DNA of 62,000 nt, filler included, from Choristocarpus tenellus KU-1152 (lineage: Eukaryota; Protista; Phaeophyceae): assembly GCA_964200185.2 (NCBI GenBank). It is 9 parts of 9 records of this genome, joined end to end, with 100 filler letters (N's around TTAATTAATTAA, not from the genome) between each part and the next. Parts side by side here need not be neighbours in the genome. Positions count along the whole stretch, not along the records: positions 53,708 to 57,717 come from CAXNAD020016683.1; positions 57,818 to 62,000 come from CAXNAD020015803.1; 7 more parts are not named here. One strand, written 5' to 3'. Under the pieces are notes generated by a model, which was not told the origin of the DNA, searched no databases, and saw only the letters and a program-made list of their open reading frames with translations. Numbering within the stretch: the stretch's first letter is position 1; each line of letters opens with the position of its first letter. The position numbers were made by a program, and so were the translations under genes. Below are positions 53,736-62,000 of this stretch, piece by piece.

Positions 53736-54850
53736 ATGGAGAATGGACTTTGTTTGCGATCAAGTAGACCAGAAATGTGGTGCATACACCTCCATGGGAA
53801 CGCGATTCGTGTGGAAGAAGTCTGGTTTTACGTGATGGCTGATGGGGAAAGGGTTAGGGTATTTCCGCATGAGGATGATAGCGACCTTCCAGGGTCCCCT
53901 ACTGTGCAGCACAAGAGTCATATCCCCCAAACCATGATAATTGCAGTCAACGCTTGCCCAGATTCGACTCACAGCTTTGATGGAAAGCTTGGTGTTTGGC
54001 ATGTGTGTGCGCCAAAAACGGCAGACAGGATAAACAAGAACCATAAAAAGGGGGATGTGTATGAGCAGGACTGTGAGTGAAAGTATCTTAGAGGGTATGT
54101 GTTTTGCCCTGTTTACCCATTTGAGGGCTTGTCTTACCTCAGGGTATTTTGTGACATTTTCCTACTCTGAAGATTTTCAGTGTAGATAATATATGTACGT
54201 TGTAAAAAGGTGTGTCTAGAACAAGGGTATTGACACTTCATAACGAACTCGATCGTCAAAATTTCATCAAAATTGCAAAATTGGATTTTGGCCCCCAAAA
54301 TGGACGCGAATTTACCCTCTAAGATACTTTGCTCTGTTTTTTAGACCATTTGTGGTACAGGAAGTGGTACACGGAGGAGATACTGCCTGCAATCAAGACG
54401 AAGATGCCTTGGTTGCAGGGGAAGCACGTTGTTGTTCAGCAAGACGGTGCCACCTCCCACACGGGCAAGGGCAGCTCAAAAATCTTGATGGGGGCAGGGA
54501 GGACTGAGGGGTGGTCGATTAGGATTGTGACACAGCTAACTCCCCCGACCTCGATGTCATGGACCTGTGCTTCTTCAGGTCTTTGAAATGCCGGGTGAGG
54601 GGGGAGCTTTTTGGGTTCGTCAAGGAGATGGTGAAGGCCATTAAGAAAAAGTATGAGGAGTATAATGAAACCACACTTGAGAGGGCTTGGCAGCTCCTTT
54701 TTGTGGTGTACAATGAAGTACTTGGATACTAAGGGGGGGATGACTCCAGTGTGGAGCACACAGGGGTAAGGAAGAGGCAGTTGTTTGGTGAGCATAAAAA
54801 CACGCCAAAGGTAGACATGGAGGTTTTTTCTGTGGCTGATAAAATTGTGA
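53736..54850 (+). mobile_element. Decayed plant-type mariner transposase interrupted by a MITE
   Basis: RVEEVWFY, QHKSHIPQTMII, FDGKLGVW, ILPAIKTKMPW, VVQQDGATSHTG and (N)SPDLDVMDLCFF. Confidence 0.88.
54075..54334. mobile_element. MITE family B nested in the mariner ORF
   Basis: Complete TIRs and a TGT duplication. Removing the element and one TGT restores the frame YEQDC-FLDHLWYRKW. Confidence 0.92.
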
Positions 54851-55679
54851 TTGATGGGGAGAAAAATAATAAAAAGAGCCGAACCTAACCCGAAATTTGT
54901 CAAGGATTCCAAATCTTCTTTCAGAAATGAATTTCATGAACATCTTCAAAGTTACGGACAACGCGGCACAGACTCATGGCATCGAGGTAGTACGTTCTAT
55001 TATATATTTTCTGTATGTACGTATGTGTTCTTCGTGATCTCAAACCAAGAAAGTCCAATAGAATATTCGGAAGAGTATCATCTATATTCACATATTGGAG
55101 TACAACTTCACCTTTGACATGTACTCCGGAGTCATATTTCTCATCATGAGGTAGTACAAGGAGTAATGTACATGGTCCAGACATACCAGGAAAAGGTTGA
55201 CTGGCCGATGGAAATGTGCCAGACATGCAAGAAAAATGTTAGAGTGGCCAGCCAGAAGGCATGGATGGGTACAATTACCCAGTGGACATGGTCTGGACAT
55301 GTTAAACAATGCTAGACCAGGTCCAGCCAGCGGGCGTGGACCAATACAATACCCAATGGACATGGTCCGGACATGATAGAGAACAATCGACCTGGTCTAT
55401 CCAGTGGACGGGACTATTTTTATTTGCCGACCAGTGAAAAGCCCTGTTCTTTTCCCACCTACCCATCACGAAGTGATGCCTGTCTCCATTCCTTCTGTTG
55501 TTACCCACTTCCCCCCTCACCAAACCACGACCGTCCTGTCCACCACCCACTTCCCCTCACTCCTCAGTACCCCCACACCATTCACCACCAGCCCAAGTAT
55601 CACCTCTTACTCGCCCCCACATCCATCCTCACAATACCCATGACCACCTGACCAGTATTGGTGATGTTTAGTTGAACCA

Positions 55680-56500
55680 GGTGCCATAGGTTGCAATATA
55701 TAGTGATGTGGCAGTGGAAGACACTGCTCACAAGCCTCAGAGTTTCCTCAGTAGGACTCTCCACAGGTCATATCTAAAATGGGTCACTGTGAACTAAGGA
55801 GGTTTTGCCACTATCAGCACCTACTGTCGCTCAGGATGCTGTAGGGCGGGACCTGTATTTTCTGTGACATTGTGATCACTGGGATTTGCCCTACATTTTT
55901 ATCCCAGGTTCTTGTGTAGCCGATTTCTCCAAGGCTACAGCACACTCCTCCTACACTGGGGCTATTTCCTAGCCCAATACCAGTACACCATACAACCCAT
56001 TGCAGGTGAACGAAAGTTTTGTGGAGATTTGCCGTCCCTCTTTTGGATGTTCCTCAGTGACCATCCAGAGTATGACATGGACCCCTTCAGTCGTGGCAGT
56101 GGATGCCACCCTGGCGTGACGGGTAATAATTCAAGCAACGCAGCAACCGGCCAGAGCAGCCCCTGCGGGTATTATAGTGGCGGCTATGGGGGAAATCATG
56201 ACCCCTCATGGTCGCATGTCACCAAATGGAGATGAATGGTGCACGCTGGGGTGTCAGCCCCAGTGCGGATTCCTGATGAGGAACAACCTCTGCAGAAACA
56301 CTTGATGGTGTGTGCAAATATGGGAGAAGCTGGACATCCTGGCAAGGAATCCAATGACTGAAGGAATACTGCATCTGATCTACAATGGTTGCAGATGTAA
56401 CCGACATTGTGCAGGACTCCCTATGCTGCGTGAACTCAAAGTTCGGTGAGGGTGTACAGATATATTACGGGGAGATGGTGCGTGTCACATAGGTTCTGTA
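55680..56500 (+). mobile_element. Decayed Ty3/Gypsy pol fragment (RNase H to integrase zinc finger)
   Basis: WGYFLAQYQYTIQPIAGERKFCGDL (RNase H C-terminus) followed by KEYCI-S-MVADVTDIVQDSLCCVNSK (integrase HHCC remnant). The RH-then-IN order is that of Gypsy elements. Confidence 0.65.
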
Positions 56501-57499
56501 CTCCCCCAAGCTTTGTCAGTATTTCAGGCACCCGACCATTACTTCTAATCTCTTTTTCGTGAGCCTATTGTGATGCTGTAATCCTCGAAAAAAGTGAGAT
56601 GAATATGCGGTTTTTGCATTCTTGAGGTCGAAAAATGTCTGAAATAGATCTGAAGCGAAAATCTTGACTTAGGAGGTTTGGGGAAATTATTCTTTGTTCT
56701 TATTCTAGATTTTTCTATGTTGTCCCTCACGGTATCCCCAACACCCCCCAAAACGTTTGACGGCGAAAAATGTGTTTTTTGATGCCGATACTTCTTGTGC
56801 AGGTGTCTTCTTTCTATGGTTGGTGAAGTGGTACCTCATGCACCACCGTGTACAAGGGTGGGGTGTCAACATAGGGGTGCGCATATTGTGCGGTTGGTGG
56901 AGGTAATTACCCCATGAAAGAGTGACATGCCAAAGTAGAAGCTGTGATAGCGGATGTGTACATCGCGCCAAGGTAAACGACGCTACTTGCAATTTCAATA
57001 AGATAAGGGCGCATGCATATCTACCCACTACTACCTGTTGAATGCATACATTTCCTCAATTATCTCTTTCCTGTGTACGATTTTTTGTTTGTTCATGACG
57101 AGGGGTGCTAAGGTGAATGGATTAGATCTGACATTGTTTGTTTTTTTTCCTGCAGAACCTTGACAATTCTGACGACACATCAGTGATAATGTTCCACTCC
57201 AACCACTTAAAGCTCAGCGAATAGTATCTTGGTCTTGGTTGCCTCTCTTACCTATATCGAGTTTATTCCTTTTATTTTTTAACTTGTTTTGATTTTGATT
57301 TTTTCAGCGTTTTTTTTACTGTGTGTTCTATTTTTCCTCATGTCAGCCACCTTTTAATCACTGGGCGGATGTTGAAATGTTGCCCACCCAATTGAGGAGT
57401 AAAGTAGGAGAGGTAAGCACTTACATGGTGTGTGATTGTATAATATTATATCATTATAGACAACAGGGTTTATTGCAAAGTCCCGCGCTTCTGTAGACA

Positions 57500-57685
57500 T
57501 CTCAAAGTGTCTGGGGGGGGTGGCGACTTTCCATTTGGGGTCGATTTTTTCATGTCGCGATTTTGGGGTGATTTGGTTGCATACGTCGGATGGATAACGT
57601 AAATGCGTATTTCTCCTGATTTTAGTTCAAATGGACACCCTGGTGTAGACTCCCCCCCCCCCCCCCCCCCCAGAAACCCTGGGTT
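57500..57685. mobile_element. MITE family A, degenerate
   Basis: CTCAAAGTGTCTGGGG... with the typical family A core. Confidence 0.8.
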
Positions 57686-57817
57686 TGTTACTTGGGGTTT
57701 GAAGGTGAGCCGAAAAANNNNNNNNNNNNNNNNNNNNNNNNNNNNNNNNNNNNNNNNNNNNTTAATTAATTAANNNNNNNNNNNNNNNNNNNNNNNNNNN
57801 NNNNNNNNNNNNNNNNN

Positions 57818-58006
57818 AAACAAAAGGGGAGGGGGGGGGGGGGGGGGGGGGGGGGGGTCTACAACAGGGTGTCAATTTGGGTCCTGACCAGATGAAGTTA
57901 ACTTACACTATCCATCCGACGCATGCAACCAAATCACACAAAAATCGTGACGTAGAAAATATGACCCCCAAATGAACAGCCTCCACCTCCCCCAGATACT
58001 TTGAGC
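57818..58006. mobile_element. MITE family A at a contig start
   Basis: Poly-G tract, family A core and CCAGATACTTTGAGCC end. Confidence 0.85.
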
Positions 58007-59045
58007 CAAACTTTGTTTATGACTAAGAGTAAGGTTGGGGCAAGGGCTATACTACCAAGCAATCATTGCAACAACAGATTGACCATTTTCCCTACTGAGC
58101 ACATAGGATGCGTGAAACCTGTGACTTTCCCTTTCCTCTCAGTTTTGATGTGATCATGCAATGATATGTTGAGGGATTGTATAAATATATTAGGGAGACT
58201 ACCAATGAGAGTGGAGTAGTGAACAATACTCTATTTACTCCAAGAGTAGTATGGAGTATGTGCCATGGAACGTAGTAAGACCAGACTTGAGCACTGAGAT
58301 CGATCAAGCACCAGGGCAGTGCTGATTAAGTTAAGTAATGATCAATGCAGGACAATACATCTATGAGGGCACACAAAGACAAACATATGCACAAACATAT
58401 GGGCACAGTTTCACACAGAGGGGGTTGCTGTATTTGGCGGTGAGAGAAGCGATGCAGACAAGAAAATACTGTGTATTCCTTGCCTCCACCAGGAAGGGCG
58501 GTGACTTGAATGTACTTCTGATTCTTCACCTTCTTGACATTGACCTTTTGAGCCCTCTTCTTCTTCGCCTCTGTGGCCTGAGGTTCCAGCCGTCATTGGG
58601 AGAGTAGCAGGTGCATGTTTTGATCTACAATGTACTTCGAGGTGTGAGAGGCATTTGTTGAGGCAGCACTATGCAAGGAGATTCCCCGATTGGTGAGCAA
58701 GTGTGGATGACTGCAAAATAGGTGGAAGTTTCATGCATAATGGAGTTGCAATTCTGCCTGGAGAAAACCAGCACCAATGTGCTTTTTTACTTTATGGCTA
58801 AACATGCAGCCCGGGAAGAAATAAAATGAGTTCAATAAAATAATAATAACAAAATACTGCCGCTTTGAAGCACCTTGTTGAATATTCATGTTTTGTGTGG
58901 GAAGAAGCAAGGGGGAGAAGATTTTTTTTGAGGTCAGTCTGGCTTGGTTGAACGAGACATACTCTTGTCTTTGCAAAGAGTTTGGATATTCTTGTTTGAG
59001 ATGGAAAAAAATCGTAAGAGACACAAAGCAGACACAATCACCCAC

Positions 59046-61576
59046 CTTGTCCTCCAGCGCCTCGATTTCTGATTGTAGTTGGTCGCTCAGGTCCTCTAAC
59101 TTCTTGTCCTCGGGAAGCACATCAAGGCTGTTCAGGATCTGTCAAGGTGTGGAGTCCAACGATACGTGAAAATACAAATGGCAGTTACATATTAATGTAG
59201 GTGCTGACAAAATGATTCAAATATCGACTGAAGTATGCAGGTTCTCTTTCTCGGTCACCACGGATCCTTAACACTCCATACACATGGCATACAAACATTC
59301 CTTACATCCAGAGATACAATTTCACACTCCACCGGTCTTGGATTAGGATGCCTACCTATATTTCAGAGATACATTTTTCCATTTCAAACCTGCTTCCCCA
59401 TTCGCACACAGCATTGACCCGAACTCCCTATATTGTTTTTCACTCAGGGCACTACACATGTCTTCCTCGATGATGACAAAATAATTGCAACAAGTTTGTG
59501 AAGCATCCAAATGAGTTGAAAATATCCCTCTTCCCAGTGTTCTTGCTTTTTCATATGATGCCCTCGCTGACTGGGCCAGGAGGATGAGAGTGAGAAATAC
59601 ATAAAAAAACAACATAACACGCCTTCTTTTTCTTTTTCTTTTGGGCACCTTTCTTTTTTTTTTTTTTACTACACATGTGACGAATCTTGCTTCATGCCTT
59701 GAAGGAACTTTCTCGGAACGGTGCTTGCAGACTCCGCCATTGTGGTGTCACGTGTGGGGTACAACTACGTTTTCAAAGTAAGGGATGAGGTTTCTTGCAC
59801 CTGGTCGATCTGTGCCTCCTTCTGCTCCTTGGCCCATCCTCTCAACTCTTCTGCCTCCTTCTTCAGAGCTGCTATTTTTAGCTGGAACAGGCCGTTCCAA
59901 ATATATATTTCATACATTAAAGCCGTGTTCAAGATGTCATATGGTGTCTAGTTTGCAGAGTTTGAGTTGATGAGTGAAGCATACCAACAAAACGATAAGC
60001 CAAAATGACAAGAAGATAAGCCAAAGAGACAAGTAGATAAGCTAAAAAGAAATTCTTTTCAGCAGTTCATTAGTCCGTGCAATATAGGGGTTGCGGTAAA
60101 CGAACGTAACATTGCTGTCAACAGAAATGCCCAAATGTCACTGTGAGCCAATAGCATACACTCACTACATAATCACCCCTAACCCCTCATTTGTTGGAAC
60201 CACTTGTATTTCACAGTCTTAAATGAGCGAGATGTCCATTTCTTGTTTGAATAGATTGGGTATACACAGGAGATCTCAATAAAGGATGTATACTGTGTGC
60301 GATTACTTTGATGCTGGACCAGTGATTTATCCCCAAATATGTTTTGCGTATTCTCATTTGATTGTAGGATACACATGATGTGTCAAGAGCAAAAATATCA
60401 CACGCCTCTCTACTGGAGGTGGAGGGAAAGTTCTTGGTGCCTGTGTGTGTGGTGCTGTCTGGCAGGCATCCAATAGCCGGATAGGTCTTATGCTGCTACG
60501 TAATTGATTGATTTGGCCTGTTAAGTGGGCGATTGACCAGAATGACAACAAAGACTCCGCGCCATACCACAATGCTGTTTTTGAGAGTGCAGAGCCTCAT
60601 CTGGCTGAGAGTTGTTAGGAAAAATCTGTTTTGGCTTAGAATGGGCAGTTGCTGAAGTGATGCTCACCATCAGGAATGAAGCAGTGTGCCTTGAGCATGC
60701 TACGGCGAGAGAGATTTATTTGTAAAGAGATTGTCAATGCTGTTTTTCTTTCAGTACATATCTTTGGTGTGAGAGCAGGGAGGTGAAGGTAGATCATTGC
60801 GCTCTTGGTAAAAAGCATCGAAGATCTTTGAGTTGTCACCCATTTGACACACGGTATACACTCCTCTTACTGTACCTGCATATCCTTGGCCCTATGCTCC
60901 CTCTTCTTCAGGACAGTCTCCCTGAGTTTTCTGAACTTTTCTTCTATGGCTTGCTTCCTGTGGGTCTCAACTGCGTTCGATTCGTTCTCGAACACGTCAA
61001 GCTTGAGAATAGTGCAGGCAACAACATCGTAACACACAAAAATAAGCCAATCGTTGCATTGTGTGTACGTATACTTTGAGGTCTAGCTTGTGGCGGGTAC
61101 GATTGGTCAGAATATTTTCCACCTATCAACGTGCAGAATATGCATCTTTTCACATCCGTGGTCAGAGGTAAGAACAAAAAAGAGGGAGAGAGTTGAACAA
61201 TGACACGAAAAATAACAACATAATAGGCAGAATAATATTCATGACTCTACACTTAAAATCTGGTGTTAGTTAGGTTTTGAGTTTCAAGTGTCAAACAAGC
61301 TGCAACTCTATGCCACGTTTCCTGACTCAGGCCTGGAAAACAGAGAACTGTAATATTTTCTTTTTTTGTTTCTGGTTGTTTTTCTCTTCCTATTCTCACC
61401 ACGATGATATATCAACCACTGTGATGAATATTCAACTGAAAGAGAGAGCAGCCTAGCCTTGCCCTACCCCGCCACACTTACGCTACGCCATGCCTGTGGG
61501 ACTTCTTACGCACCTGCTTCTTTTTGATGATCTTCTCAGCCATCTTGATCGCTTTCCTAGCATATTCAAGTTTCCC
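59046..61576 (-). CDS. Coiled-coil protein of unknown family, internal exons
   Basis: Four phase-0 AG/GT exons: 61576-61514 (GKLEYARKAIKMAEKIIKKKQ), 61001-60876 (LDVFENESNAVETHRKQAIEEKFRKLRETVLKKREHRAKDMQ), 59881-59801 (LKIAALKKEAEELRGWAKEQKEAQIDQ) and 59138-59046 (ILNSLDVLPEDKKLEDLSDQLQSEIEALEDK). A further exon is probable near 58400-58710. Confidence 0.7.
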
Positions 61577-61734
61577 CTGCAAGGAAAGCCATCCGCACAT
61601 GACGACTCAGGGCAGGGCATTGACAATATTTTATGTATTCCAAAATCTACTATTGTAGGGGACGAACAATGGTGTGACGATGAAAAATTGAGATACGGTT
61701 GGTTGATGATGCCACCGACTCATTGTTGGTGGAT

Positions 61735-61810
61735 TAGGGTTAGGGCTAGGGTTAGGGCTAGGGTTAGGGCTAGGGTTAGTTGGTGACGGTGTGCGTTAGG
61801 GTTAGGGCTA
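61735..61810. repeat. Interstitial telomere-like array (alternating TTAGGG/CTAGGG)
   Basis: About seven tandem hexamers plus a second short tract. Confidence 0.85.
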
Positions 61811-62000
61811 CGGTTTCTTGCTCACACAAACTTGTGCACTTCCTCCTGAAAATCAATATCAAAGCTCCGTCCCATTTTTCAACGAAACCTTCTGCCACAA
61901 ATCTTGGGCTTACTTAGTGGGAAGCCATTTCATCACCTACCTCAATTTTGGCCTTGGGTAGCAAAAAAAATAAAATAAGGGTCAAAGTATCTGGGAGGGG

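Noticed and set aside
55150-55420. Degenerate GGACATGGTCC-type repeats
   Set aside because: The spacing is irregular and the repeats lie between mariner and Gypsy relics. They are likely an internal TE repeat with no further support.

Overview
This is eukaryotic, intron-rich DNA, most likely from a brown alga or related stramenopile (inferred from EsV-1-7 motifs, TTAGGG tracts and GT-AG introns). It is not one locus: nine contigs are joined by eight artificial 100-bp N spacers containing TTAATTAATTAA. Host genes supported by spliced, frame-consistent exons are the 5' part of the ciliary WD40 gene CFAP52/WDR16, an EsV-1-7 repeat protein, an LRR protein, an Smr-domain exon, a conserved hypothetical (GlfB-C-like) gene, a CCR4/Angel-type EEP protein with an inserted FN3 domain and altered catalytic residues, a MATCAP/DUF1704 carboxypeptidase head-to-head with it, and a coiled-coil gene. 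The rest is rich in mobile DNA: about 20 copies or fragments of related MITE families sharing an AAAGTATCT terminal core, two decayed plant-type mariner transposases, two Copia relics and a Gypsy relic. The least explained structures are a ~1.1-kb fold-back made from an inverted ORF duplication, a neighbouring ~185-bp tandem array whose units each carry splice-like signals, and an AT-rich island bracketed by a repeated ~55-bp hairpin motif. All calls come from reading the sequence; no database search was run.
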